A stretch of 57,000 nt of DNA, the filler included, from Basidioascus undulatus (Eukaryota): the NCBI GenBank assembly GCA_000826855.1. It is 5 parts of 5 records of this genome, joined end to end, with 100 filler letters (N's around TTAATTAATTAA, not from the genome) between each part and the next. Parts side by side here need not be neighbours in the genome. Positions count along the whole stretch, not along the records: positions 22,881 to 34,208 come from JTLS01001023.1; positions 34,309 to 45,613 come from JTLS01001024.1; 3 more parts are not named here. One strand, 5' to 3'. The translations under genes and the position numbers were made by a program. The notes under the pieces were generated by a model. It was given only the letters and a program-made list of their open reading frames with translations, was not told the DNA's origin and searched no databases. Shown here piece after piece: positions 28,448 to 40,464 of this stretch (position 1 is the stretch's first letter; each line of letters starts with the position of its first letter).

Positions 28448-29347
28448 TTATGCACGTCCCCACCACCCTCGTGCGCAATGCAAAAGAGGTCCTCGCCTGT
28501 GTAATGCTATAGTGATGGGCAAAATGCAATTTACGTATGATCTGCGCTCCGTAGCCATGCTCCCAAAACGCATGTGCCCGCTGTGTGCGTCATCTTCATG
28601 ATACTGCCGATCATGATCAGCGTTTGCGCCTGCGAGCGAGTACGGATCGAAAGGGAACAGCGGGGTAGCACCGGACCCGTTGTCGCCTGCTTCCGACGCT
28701 TCCTGAGCAATGCGCGACCTGAAGGTAAAGTAGGTCGAGTATAGCCTGGGGTCAGTCTTCATCGGCGGTATAGGGGAAGGATGGAACCTACGCAGCCTTT
28801 TCGAGGTACACCGAGTACGCCGACTCCGCAGCGACGGTCGCTGTGTATCCAGGAAAGCCGTTTCAGCTGGATGGACGGCAACAACCAGCCAAGTCCAGCA
28901 TAGGAACAATGGGACTGACCCTCGTTGTTCGCGGAACCCGCCAGGCTCGTCGCCTCCGCCCAAGCGTCGGACGCAGCGCTTTTCTGCGGCTGATGGCAGA
29001 CGCGGGCCTCAGTCGCGGTGCCGAAGAAGCCGGCCGCACCCGAGGTGACCGCTGGGTGGGGGGTACAGAGGAATTAATATACGCTGTAGGAAAAGAATCG
29101 GAAGGGTAAGTAGGAGGAGACACACCCTCCCATGGGTTCAGGATCTCCGACGTCGCTGCGTCGCCGAGCCCGCCCAGCGCGGAGGTGAAGTCGCCGATGG
29201 GGTCGTCTGCGGGCGCCACACACTAGATCAGCATTCCAGACGTAGCTTTAGAGAGCGATGCCAATGGAACACTCGCCTTTGAGCCCTGACCGGGGCGAGC
29301 AGAACGAGCACGGCCAGGGGCGAGAGCATGGAGAGTGAGAAGCGCAT
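28448..29347 (-). pseudogene. Degraded paralog of the adjacent Ser/Ala/Thr/Gly-rich secreted protein
   Basis: Signal peptide MRFSLSMLSPLAVLVLLAPVRAQ. AWAEATSLAGSANNE|ATVAAESAYS matches the neighbour's AWDQATSAMGSVNEE|ATRAAESAYS at the same intron position. Apparent +1 A at about 29279 and 28624, and a GC donor. Confidence 0.6.
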
Positions 29348-30048
29348 TGAGACTGTCAGCGATTTGAAAGGATGGTTTCGAGTGGGATTGAGGATGGAAA
29401 GGGAGAAGAAGCTGATGGAGCAATGTTCAGCGGAGCGAGGCGAGTGGGCGGTGCTGGTCATGGACCACGCTACTGACGAACTCCTGAAAATGTGTATGTG
29501 TTTCCGCGACGGAGGTGGAGCCCAGGCACGGCCTCGCAGACTTGGCTATTCGGCGTCCACAACAGGATATGATGGAATTTGGAGTTTAAAACTCCAGCGG
29601 TACCACTGGGCAGATGTGCGATTGAGGTGCACCACACTGAGCAGGCTGTAGGGTTGGAACATTCGAGGCGGGCAGCGGCGACTAAAGGAAGATTCAAAGT
29701 TCAGACTACCTTGTCTGCTCGAGTCTACTCCGGTTCAATACTCCGGTTGAGGACTGTGAACATTCAAAGAAACTCGTAGAGATATCTTGAAGAGGTAACT
29801 CCGTCAGATCCAGTTGCAGACAAGAGGCTGAAAGACGCAGTGCGTGCTGAAATCACAGCACCTCAACAACGTCTGTCACGGTCCGCAAGCTACGCGCTCA
29901 TTACGTTTCGATATAAATTAATCCGCCAAATGTACGGCAGTCGCGAGAAAGTCCAGTAGCGTTGGCCCACTCCCACTCGTTCATACTGTCCCCGTACCAC
30001 CCAGCATCTCCGTCTCACCCAAACCCATCCAATCCAACATACATCTCC

Positions 30049-30843
30049 TCAGACGAGCACTGCACCGGCTGCAACGCCTGCCAAGACGCCGACGAGCCCA
30101 ACCATGGCCCCACGACTGGGCAGCGCGGCGTTGTCGCCTTCGTTGTCGCCCTGGTTATCGCCCGCGCCAGAAGAAGACGCCGCCGCAGCGTCGCTGCTGA
30201 TGGAGGAGGCCCCTTGAGAAGCTTCACTTGCACTGTGAGAGGATTAGGGATACAGGTCAGGTAAGCTGCCTGGGGCGGCCAAGCTGACGGGGAAAATAAT
30301 CGCGGGGAGGGGAGGATGGGAAGGAGAGAGGAAGGATAGGAAGAAACGCACATGCTCGACGCAAACTGGTTCGCCCCCGTCGTCGCAGCGGAGTATGCAC
30401 TCTCCGCAGCGCGAGTAGCTATTTTCCAGCCGCCCTTCACAAGTCAGTCTTCCTCCTGTCGCGCCCTCTTCCCAATCCCGCCAACGCACCTTCCTCGTTC
30501 ACGCTCCCCATTGCACTAGTAGCCTGGTCCCAAGCGCTGCTGTCCGCGGCAGTGGCAGTCTCGTAGAGCCCCTCAGCCGCGTCCGTCGCTGTGCTGAGCG
30601 CACCGCCCGCGTACGACGTCCCCTCGTCCACGCCGGAAGCAACAACGGAGGTCGCGTCGCCGATACCGGAGCCCACCATGGAGGTTGCGTCGTTGAAGAG
30701 GGATCCCACTGAATGGGGGTGAAGGGATGTGGGTCAGGAGAGGTTGAGGAGGAGGAGGAAGAGGGAGGCGTACGGCGATCTTGGGCAGCTGCGAAGGGGA
30801 GCAGGAACGCGAGAAGGATAGCGGTGGTGCTGGCAGTGCGCAT
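30049..30843 (-). CDS. Small Ser/Ala/Thr/Gly-rich secreted, probably GPI-anchored cell-surface protein, 4 exons
   Basis: Signal peptide MRTASTTAILLAFLLPFAAA, repeated DATS motifs, C-terminus GDNAALPSRGAMVGLVGVLAGVAAGAVLV*. Confidence 0.8.
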
Positions 30844-31631
30844 GGTAGCTGGTTGTTCAGGTATGGGTAGAAGATTGAAATCAAAAGTGCTTTGAGCTGC
30901 TAGACTGTGTTGTTGTGGAGGTGATGGTAGTGGTTGAGGATCAAGAGCCTTGCCTCTCCAGTCTCCCAGGATCAATGGAGACGACAGTACGTTGCATCAT
31001 CTCGGCCGCGGATGCAGCATGTCAAGGTGGCGATGCTGTGATCCATACTTGTTAACTAAGCTGTGGCTATCGGCTGCCGATGTCCGAGGAGGAGCGAGAA
31101 GACGCTGAGAAAGCCTGGAAATCCATGGCCACGAGGCCGGCCAAGAAGTTACAATACGTCATTTCAAGGAACCGGCGCTACCTACTGTATACGTAGTAGC
31201 CCTTGTATCGCCGGACCCGCCAGGAGATGCTGAAGATTTGTTGTCGTCTGGCAAAAATGAAGTGGGGGATACTACCAGAGGATTTGCGGAAAGTATTTGA
31301 AAAAGTGTTTGGCCGACTGTGGGCAAAAGAAAAGAAACGGACTCGAGTGGCCGACTGGCGTTTCGATACAGATGGATTCCTGGCCCATCACAGGCCCTTC
31401 TGCAAAGTGCCCGTGAGCAGACCAGAAGTCTTCTTTGGGATGCTTTTTAAACGAAGACTATTACATCCAATGGTCTGGGTTAATAAGTCCGGGAGACTAC
31501 CATGTTCATCCACAGCCTTTTTTCGGACCCGTCGAAACCTTGAAGCTCCCCAGGCGGAACTAAGGGAGCTTCTCACATGCACATATTAAGGTCATTTCAT
31601 GAGTCAGGGCAGACCCATATCTCTCACAGCT

Positions 31632-32607
31632 CTACAAAACCATCAGGAAAGTGTCACTGCAAAGCATCCCACGTCCCGCGTCCCGCGTCCCGCGTCCCTC
31701 TCCCGACACCCAAACTACGTCGGGTGGTCCGGGATTCTTGAGGTAAAGAACTTGGTTGAGTCTATACCTCAGCACTTTCCTGCGCTCGTCCCCGTCCGGA
31801 TCCGAGGCAGACCAGTCCGCCGGACATAGCCCGTAGAAGCGGCCGTAAGTCTTGAGCTCGTCGTTGCCGAGTGTATCAACCGCGGTTTTCTCGAGGGGTT
31901 CGAGGCCCCCCTCAAATGGAAATAAATAAAGAAGTTCAACGCGTCATTGGGAAATGTTCTGTCGCTGAGGACAGTATCGAGTGTGGAGACTCACCTCGGA
32001 CTGGAACTTGTTCTCATGGTTGGGTATGGGAACAATGCGGCAAGCTAAGCCAGCGGATTCCAGATCGCGGTTTACAGCCTGGAAGGAATGGGACAGTTCA
32101 GCCACACACACCAGGACAGGGAGAGTAGGTCAGGGTAAGGGAGGAAAACGGACGTGGGAGTTGAGGGATCTGGCAGGTGAGCTGTTCGCGCTCGAGGCGC
32201 TCAAGCCGGATTTCGAGGTCGGAAGCTGCGTCTGGTGGTCGGTGGGGGGGGGGAAGGAGTGATCAGAACGCTCATAGAACACCACTTTTCCCCAAGCGAG
32301 TACCAACAAAGTTACCGAACCTGAGCGCACACTCCGCCCTGTCCACCAGCGCCCTCGCCTCCAAAACGGGCGCAACTGCAGCGCAACGCGAGCGTAAGCT
32401 AAGGGCTCTAGTTGACCATCAAGTGCAGCGGACCTACGTTGAACATAGTCTCTGTGCAGAACCAAAGACCTTGTAGCGGTGCAGCGGGAGGAGCTGAGCG
32501 TCGGTGGGAGGAAGCGGAAGCGTGTTCGGGAGGTGGGTGATGACGTTGTAGATGTTCTGGGGCAGGGACGGGGAGTGCGGGGGCAGGGAGATGGTTGAGG
32601 CAGGCAT
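31632..32607 (-). pseudogene. Mug135/DUF1773-like coiled-coil protein, frameshifted
   Basis: Manual splicing gives PLPPTDAQ..Y, LEIRLERLERE and IVPIPNHENKFQSE|GGLEPLEKTAVDTLGNDELKTYGRFYG...RRKVLRYRL. Two +1 homopolymer insertions must be removed to keep the frame. Confidence 0.45.
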
Positions 32608-32974
32608 TATGGGAAGGGAGGTCGGAGGTGGTCTTGAGACGGTTGTAGGAGGATGATGGGCGGAGCGAAGAAAGAAGCGAAGCGAGGCGAGGTACGGGAG
32701 AAGCGACGTAAAATGGGTTCACTTCCGTCTCGGCCTGCCATGTTTTACAAGGCTCGGAAAGGAGAGGCTTAGCTCGACTTACTACATTTGTAATTACTAG
32801 ACTTGTGAGGGAAACCGACAATGCTAGTGGAGCAAAATAGAAGGGGAACAGCCGGCCTGCAGCATGCAGCTTTGAAACATCTCGCATTGATGAGTTGCAT
32901 AGCCTGCTGGCATTTCGCACAGTTGCGACCAGTCAACTACCACAGGCTACACCGGCAATGCATAAGGGACTTCA

Positions 32975-34177
32975 TTAGGTTCTTCTCTCCTCACCTGCGC
33001 TGGTCAATCGACCTCTAAGACCCCGCTCGCTCCCAGCCCCGTCATCCTCCCCGCCAGTACCAATCTTCCTTTGCATGGAGTTTCCCTCCCCCGCCCCTTC
33101 AAAGCCCCTCGTTCGAACCCGATATGTCAAGCTGACCCTCCTCCATCCCACGTTCCCGCGCCCCTTCAGATGCCGCGGCACCTCGTGCTGCCACCTGCTC
33201 CTCGCGCGCCCGCGGAGGACGAGCAGACTGTTAGGCGGCAGCCAGAGGTCGGTGGTGCGCCCGGTGCGCGGGGCGAGCTCGTTTCGGCGGATTATGACTT
33301 GCTCGCATGGTGGCGGCTGGGGGGTCGGGAGAGATGGCTTGTGAGATTGGGAGAAAAGATAAGAGAGAAGAAGGGTAACGGAAAATAGATGTATTTCTTG
33401 AGCTCGTAAAACTTCATCCAGCAGCCGGAGTTGAGGGAGAGGGAACATACCTGCATGAGTAGGGTTTCGGCAGGGACAGGGAGAGTGAGTCGAGGTCTGA
33501 GCATGGAAGGCGATGTGTTGGGGAGAGGAGAGGGCTCACAGGCTCTTCAGCGCTGAACTTGTCAACGTTGGCGCTGATCCTGCGCCGAAGAGGAACACAT
33601 CGTCTCAGCCTGAGCTTCAACTTCTGCTTCAAGCGATTCCGAACCAAGAACGCACCCTTGGTTCCCGACGTAATGACCACCCGCCCTGCCATCAGCTTCC
33701 TTGCCCTCGCCCCACGTTACTTTCACTCGAGACCTCTTGCCTAAAGGCTCACCTCATTCACAATACACTCGTCCGGTCCTCCTCCCTCCCAAATGCCCGC
33801 GTCCCTCATACGCCCGCTCACCCACTTCAACTCCCGCGGGATCCCCAGCCCCCTCCCCGACTTGTATCCCCCCGCATCATATGACTGTAGACGTTATTCC
33901 CGCCCCAGTGAATTGTCCGCCGGGCGAGATCGGTGCGTCACTGCGGCGCGCAGGCGGGCCCATCGAGGAAGGACAGGATCGCGCGCGCCTCGGAGGGAGA
34001 GATGAAGGTCGATGAAGGTCGGGTTGAGGGTGAGGAACGGGAGTAGAGGGAGTGATGGAACGCTGGGGGCTCCGCAGGGGTAGGACGGGAGTTCTGGGAG
34101 GAGGTACGCGGGGTGGAGGAGGGGGAGAAGAAGTCGTGCAGGGTGCCTTTGCGGGGTGTGAGCGGGGGTGCATCCAA
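32975..34177 (-). pseudogene. AlkB-family 2OG-Fe(II) dioxygenase pseudogene
   Basis: LARRTIHWG, PDECIVNE|YVGNQG|ISANVD, LPPNSLLVLRGRARSRWQHEV, RRVSLTYR. Lesions: TGA at 33938-33940, frameshift at about 33895, CAT in place of the CAG acceptor at 33673-33675, HxD reads NVD. Confidence 0.8.
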
Positions 34178-34208
34178 GTTATGTCTTTTGAACGCTGGGA
34201 ATGTCCAT

Positions 34209-34308
34209 NNNNNNNNNNNNNNNNNNNNNNNNNNNNNNNNNNNNNNNNNNNNTTAATTAATTAANNNNNNNNNNNNNNNNNNNNNNNNNNNNNNNNNNNN
34301 NNNNNNNN
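34209..34308. other. Artificial contig-joining linker
   Basis: 44 N + TTAATTAATTAA + 44 N. Confidence 0.99.
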
Positions 34309-34309
34309 G

Positions 34310-34382
34310 GCCTCGCTAGCTCAATCGGTAGAGCGTGAGACTCTTAATCTCAAGGCTGCGGGTTCGACCCCCGCGTGGGGCT
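34310..34382 (+). tRNA. tRNA-Lys (anticodon CTT), intronless
   Basis: GCCTCGC/GTGGGGC acceptor stem, TAGCTCAATCGGTAGAGC D-arm, TGAGA-CTCTTAA-TCTCA anticodon arm, GGTTCGACCC T-arm, then a T-run Pol III terminator. Confidence 0.97.
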
Positions 34383-35639
34383 TTCTTTTTGTCTGGCGCC
34401 CTTCGATCCTCCCACTTTTGCATCGCAACAAATTCAAGTCAACTACGAAATCTATTTTGACTGTGGGGCAAAATTCCACTCCTGCAAGCCTTCCGGCCCT
34501 GCCTGACGACACGCAGCATCCTTGTCCATTAATGCTGCTCACAGATGGAGAGGTCTTGGTCCTTGCACAAACCTTCTGTGCGTATAGGAAACCCTTATTT
34601 ACCATGAACCGCTCAGCCTGCTTGGCGATCCCTTTATGCCTCCCTGTTCCGCATCAACGGCACCTCCTTCGTGTGGCTTGGTCACAGACTCTCAAGGCGA
34701 GGAAGGTGAAGGAGCTATAGGGACCCCATGAGCGAAGAAGTAGCATGCTATGACTAAGATGAAAACCTTGAATGAAAAGGAGACGAGGCAACTTACAGGC
34801 AATCACGGTGGCAGTCAAGTCGACGGAGGTAGCAACGGCAGCACGCTTTGCTAAACCACAATGCCGGATATCAGAGGGCTAGACTTCGCCCATAAGTCCC
34901 TCCAAAAAATTGGAAATAATACCCGTTGGCTTAAGGCTGCCACAGTCAAGCATCACTCAGAAAGACGAGTCTGGAGGCGGGGCTAGCTCGTTTCAAGTAC
35001 CTGTAGCAGCGTTGTTGGGCACATCAATTGGTGCTTCTTGCACTGCGACTGCGAGCTGTGTGCCCTGACAGCGCAGGGTCCTCGTTTCGAGCTGATGTGA
35101 CTTTGTCGGACCGGAATACTTTTGCAGCTCACACTTCTCTCTCTTCTGCTCACCTTACTCACTTCGTTTATTCGCATTGTCAAGACGGCAGCACCGCCGC
35201 CGGCAGTTCAGCAGCAGCAGCCGTCATCGGAGCAGGGTCCCGTTGGAAAGGGAAGCGAGGTGCGTTGTAGGTTGACGATTCAGGCCGGATTGCTCTCAGT
35301 CACTCATTCTTGTCTTACCTGCACTACCACGTACAGCGTCCGAGCGGGGATTGCCTTTCGTGCATCCTGACTGGCCCGAGGAGGATATTCCTCTTTGGAT
35401 GCGCCGCATACAGGCAACGCTGCCGCTCAGATCCGCCGCCGGCATACAAACCGCCGCCACCACTATACATGCCCCATCTGCCGTCGCACTTCTTTCCTCA
35501 TCGTCCCTCTTATCCCCATCCCCCTCTCGCCCTCTGCATCAACTCACTCCCCACTTCAGTCCCTATGACCAGTACCTGCCCCCTCACGGCTACGCTCAGC
35601 ATCCTCCCGCAACCGACAACGCCTCGGGCCCTTGAGGAC

Positions 35640-36790
35640 AAGGCAAAGGGACATACATTGTCGTTTGCGTCCAAAGGCATTTTGATTCGCGGAAACGCAC
35701 CCTGGAACTCCCACATGCCCCACTCTGCGGCCTGCCGAGCGGACACGAGCTCGCGTAACCAGCGCTTAGCCGCGATGTACTCTCGCGTGCCCGGTTCCGG
35801 CTCATTGCCCAACCGGTCGCGGACGGACGAGCGGAGTCTGAAGGTGGCCTTTGACCATATTGGGAGCGTGCGGGACGGCGGTGTCGGCAATCACATAGTA
35901 GTCGCCAGGGGTGCGCGTACGCAGCTTGTGCCAGAGATCGCGCGCCACAAGCTACATCGTGCCACGAACCTGGAGCATTGAACTTGCAGTAGAAGACCGT
36001 GCCTGACGTAGTTAGGAGAGTCTATGAGTAATCGTGGAGACCTGACAAATGGAAATACAAACCATCAGTCCCGTAACCGAACACATTGCTGACAAAGTGC
36101 CCGTGCAGCCAGCCATTGCATATTGCATTTTGCCATTCCTCGTCACTGCTCACCGCTTTGATCAGGCTTAGGCCATCGACGAAACCAATACCTGTCTCGA
36201 TTGATGGGTGGCGGACTCCTACAGCCTGAAATTGTGCTCGAATTTCTCGCCACGCAGCTAGCGAATGCGGACCTTCCCGCATGACCTGCAGGGTTTGCAG
36301 AAGAATGACAAGCGTAAAGTTGATGTAGCGCACAATAAGGAAACCAAGGCCAAGATCTGTTGAAGGGACTGTTCACCGCAGGTTGAAGACAAGTAGTGCA
36401 GTGCCAGTCCGAGAGCACCCGCGGCATCGAGAGAGCTGCGGTGGGGGCAAGGGACTGCTTGCCGAGACACATCCTCACAAAGAATAGGTATAGTGTCCCA
36501 AATTTCGGCAAAGCCTTGCTCGAGAATGTATTCGAAAGTGTACACATCATTCCCATAGTTGTAACGAAGGCTCGACCATTCCGATTCATAGATGTGCGTC
36601 CAAGGGGAACTGAAGCGAGGTGGAGGCATGAGATCTGTCCGGACGAGGTATGTGCGACGTTCAAATGTCCGCTGTTGCCTCAACTCCCTATATATCGCAC
36701 CCACAGCGGCGATGACAAGTAGCTCATCCTCCTGCAGGTCCTCTTCGCACGTTTACTCTTCGGTTGCCACACCGATGTTAATAACAATCA
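35640..36790 (-). mobile_element. Degenerate PIF/Harbinger (DDE_Tnp_4-type) transposase
   Basis: YLVRTDL, RAFVTTMG, SLDAAGALGLALHYL, GFVDG (D1), NGWLHGHFVSNVF, NAPGSWHD, IADTA (D2), RQAAEWG (E). Several frameshifts and stops, one GT-AG intron at about 36003-36060. No TIRs identified. Confidence 0.88.
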
Positions 36791-36839
36791 TGAACTATAC
36801 GAGGTGCGGACAATCCTTCAACTCTCACGGCGACTGACT

Positions 36840-37150
36840 GGCATCGGGTTCCAAGCAGCACGAGGAGCCGGACTACTGCGGCTACCCCGACTCCCGGTCC
36901 TTCCGCCCGCCCCCTCTCCGGTCCTTCTCGCTCAAGCACCAGGCTCATCTCGAGTCCCAGCGCCCCGCCGAGATCAGTCACATCCGACCGTCCGTATCGG
37001 CGCCCTTCGGGTGGAGCCCTTACCAGTGCCGTCGTTCGCCCGCCTACCCCGCCCTCGCCGCACCCAGCGCCCGCCCCCGACGCAATCGAGCACATTTCGA
37101 ATCTCCTGCACTCCTTCGCGCTGCACCCCACCCGCTCACAACCGTCGTGC
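36840..37150 (+). pseudogene. Fragment of a third C2H2-RING family copy (linker segment only)
   Basis: ISNLLHSFALHPTRSQPS (about 37094-37147) matches VSDLLHAISLHPTRSPPS and VSDLLRALSLHPTRSPAS of the two nearby copies. The RING is not recoverable. Confidence 0.55.
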
Positions 37151-38289
37151 AGCGGGGACTGGAGGCTGGAGGTCATCCCTGCAAAGCCAATGCACATGGC
37201 ATGCATCTGCAGCGGAAAGCTGCATTCACACCAGGCTGTTCCATGGGTCATCAGGCGCTCAGGTGTCCGCTGGCCAGCATATGTACCAGTTGTCACTCCC
37301 TAGGTGGACAGGGGCATTCACAGCCGTGACAAAGGGTTGGATAGAGTAGTTAGTCAAAGAAGCAAAGGGACTGCGCGGTGGGCAGAGTGGATAGTGAAGG
37401 CTACTATTTGTATCTAAAGAGCGGTTCCTAGTGCACGTCCTCAAATTTCTTGTCTTGTCTTGTCTTCGCTTTCTGGGATTGTAGTCCGGCTCACCTTTTT
37501 ATTCCCCTGCCCACTTGCTTAACAGACATCCCATGTTGTTTTTGTAACTTTTTATGGGCCCAGACACTTCGTGCTAGTTCTACAATTATGAGTTGAACCC
37601 TCACGTCCCTTCAGACCCTGCACAACGGAAACCTTTGTCGCTTCTTACATAACCTGGCCCTCCGTGGTCCGCTGGTCCAGCCGACCTGTTCACTCTCTGG
37701 CCCTCCGGATGGCGATACTACTTTAATCTAAAAGGTGTGAAACTCCACAGTCTCCATCCCGGCCAATCGCAGAAATACCTACGCTGTTAAGACAGGGTCA
37801 CAAACACATCACCCAGGACCCTCATACGTAAGCGGCGGAATCTGGGGGTCCGCATTTTCCCAAGGGTTTTGAGGCTTCTGAGAGGCTGCGAAGGCACCTT
37901 CCCTCGCCAAAATGGCACTTTTATTGCACCACAACCAGGACAGATATCAACAAACCGCTTTCGGGGACCTCGTTTGCATGCCTTTTGGAAGAACTCCTTG
38001 AAAGCTGAAAGCAGAATAGCAAGAAAGTGTTTCTGGAAGGCAGAATAACATTGAGCAAGAGGGGGTGATGGGTTTGCAGCCGCCGATTTCGAATGTACCA
38101 CATCGCGGTGCTGATTGCTCTCTATGGTAACTTGTGTTTCCAAGTACCCTGTACCTCCCTCCCTGATAATTTGGTTCCCAGGAAGAAGACAGTCCAGACT
38201 TGAAAAGTAGGATTCCCTAAGATATGCAGCATGGCGACGAACGCCATGACCAAAACAGAAATGAACGTCCCCGCACGCCGCCCGCCCCT

Positions 38290-39140
38290 CTACAAGTAGA
38301 CCTTCCTAGACTTCCTTCGCTTCGCTTTCTTCCTACAGAGGGGACACCGGCCCGAACGGTGCACAGTCTCTATGCAGTCTCCGCAGAACAGATGCCCGCA
38401 CTTCGTACTCCACACCTCCCCTGCGCCGAGCGAGTCCAGACATACCTTGCAGACTGGCGCCTCAATGACGCCGAGGGCTTCGAGCAGCTCCCGGGAAGCC
38501 TCGGACGGAGGTGAGCGAGTGGGATGCAGGGAGATCGCGTGTAGCAGATCTGAAACGACGGCGACGGAGTGGGATGTCGGCCCTGGGAGAGCGCCGCGAC
38601 GCTTCCGTTCCCGGGCAGTCCCGCCCATCGCGTGGGGAGGGGAGGAGATTGTGTCTTGAGAAGATGCAGGTGGCTGAGGGCAAAGGGCGCCTGGGTTCAG
38701 GTCTATCCAAGCGAGTGGTTGACTGAAGAACTGGTCGACCGGGTCGCGGTGTGCAGAGGCACAGTGCTGCTCCCCACCCCACGTTAAGCTTCACACCAGC
38801 GTGTCCTCTAAGGTGTTAGAGGAGCTTACCTCTTTGAGCTCCTCGTGTCTGTCAAAGCACGTGCAGCAGTTGAGGCAGCAGTGCTCGTGCTCAGGAGAGA
38901 GGAGGTGCTCGCTCTTGGAGCTCCATCCCTCCTTGAACCACAGATCGCACGGTGCGCAATAGCAAGCCTGCCAACAGTAAGAGATTGCTCAGCGCCCCCG
39001 AATCCTGTTCTCTGGGGACGTACTGCTCGCTCCGTCTCGTGAACAGGGCTGCTGCGCTCGTGCTCCCGCAAGCTCTCCGCTGAGTCGAACGTACAGCCGC
39101 AAAGGCGACATCGGTAGAGTTGGAAGGCGAAGCACGACAT
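38290..39140 (-). CDS. 3x C2H2 zinc finger + C-terminal C3HC4 RING protein (putative E3 ligase), 3 exons
   Basis: YRCRLCGCTF..LREHERSSPVH | CYCAPCDLWF..HLLSPEH, CCLNCCTCF..LKE | HCASAH ... CKVCLD..WSTKCGHLFCGDCI..CPLCRK..RKVYL*. Frame is intact through the GT-AG introns. Confidence 0.85.
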
Positions 39141-39592
39141 CGCGCCGACTTGGGGTTGTGGAATTGTGCTAGGCTTAAGATTCGTGAAAGTGTGGTACCG
39201 ATGTAAGATGGAGTTTGCCTCGAAAGGTCTGTATTCAAGGTGGAAGCACCGCCCCGGAGAACCGTGACGGACCTGCCCGCCGCCGAGAGCCGAGACAAGC
39301 CGCGGCCAGTTCTCAATGGGACCAGCCACAAGGCAAGACAAAATTCAGCAGTATACATGTAGAAACAAACAGGACCATTGAGCTCGGAAATTCCACAGTT
39401 TCCTGTAATGCCGTGCACAGCGGAGAGGCAGCAACTGTGCAAACTGCAAGCCTGCCGACTTTTGCTGCGTTACACGCTGCCTTTGATCGAATCCTTGATT
39501 GTTTGTTCCAGTGCTTGCTTGGTGATGAAATTGTCAATAGGTTGCAACATGGAAACCTCATGACGGCAAACAACACAAGAGACGAGCATTCA

Positions 39593-40464
39593 CATCTAGA
39601 TCCGCCGCGACGCACTGCCCTTCACCAACCTCCTGCAAATCGCACACTTTCCCGAGCGGACGACCACATCCAAGCACCGCCGACAGTACGCATGCCCGCG
39701 CACCGCACTCCAGATATTCCGCTCGTCAAACGGATCCCAACAGACTTTGCACTCAGGAGTAACGATCACACCCAGGATTTCGAGCAGCTCGCGCGACGCT
39801 GCGGACGCCGGCGAGCGAGTTGGATGAAGCGAGAGGGCCCGCAGGAGGTCGGAAACCGAGAGGGGGGACATCGTGATGGGCGACAGGTGGGACCTTTGAG
39901 GGCTGGCGGGAGCTTTGGATGATGCTCCCGAAGATGGCGGAAATGGCATCCGCGACGATGAGAGGGAGCAGTCGCAGTGTCATGGCTGTCGGTTGGGGGC
40001 AAGAGGCGTTCGGCGAGGTACATCGGGAGTCCCCGCTATGGTTGGTGGTATCGTACGCGCGGATGGAACGCAGCGGCCTAACCTTTTGTGCTGCGCCAGG
40101 GAAGGTGGTTCCGATGAAAGCCCTAGAGGGTTTCAGAGTTGAGTACACTCACACACATCAGCGATTGGTCCTCGAATTCGCGATGGCATTCGACGCAGTA
40201 GTGAGAGTGTAACACGCGGCTCTGAAGCATATGACTGCGCTTGTGGGCACCCACTGTAAATCAGATGTCGCAGTGAGAGCAGTAGAGGTCCTGAGAGGAG
40301 TCGCTGTTAGATATAGCCTGATATGGGTGAAGGTCGATGAGCACTCGCTTCTCGGTCAGCCGCATGGACAGCGCTGCGTCGCTTGTGATCTTGCATGCGG
40401 CGCGTGGAAGAGAATTGTAGAAAGTGAGTGCCAAGTTACAGAAAGTTGGGACGTTGTCAGGCAT
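39593..40464 (-). pseudogene. Pseudogenised tandem copy of the C2H2-RING gene
   Basis: Same exon layout. CDI*F (TGA 40261-40263) for CDLWF, RING Cys to Arg (VRGHAYC, 39698-39700), I*M* for VYL*, exon-1 frameshift and a GC donor. Confidence 0.82.

Noticed and set aside
37400..38220. AT-richer intergenic patches (also 5550-5720 and 31150-31600) as MITEs or Helitron ends
   Set aside because: No terminal inverted repeats, TSDs or mutual similarity could be identified by eye.
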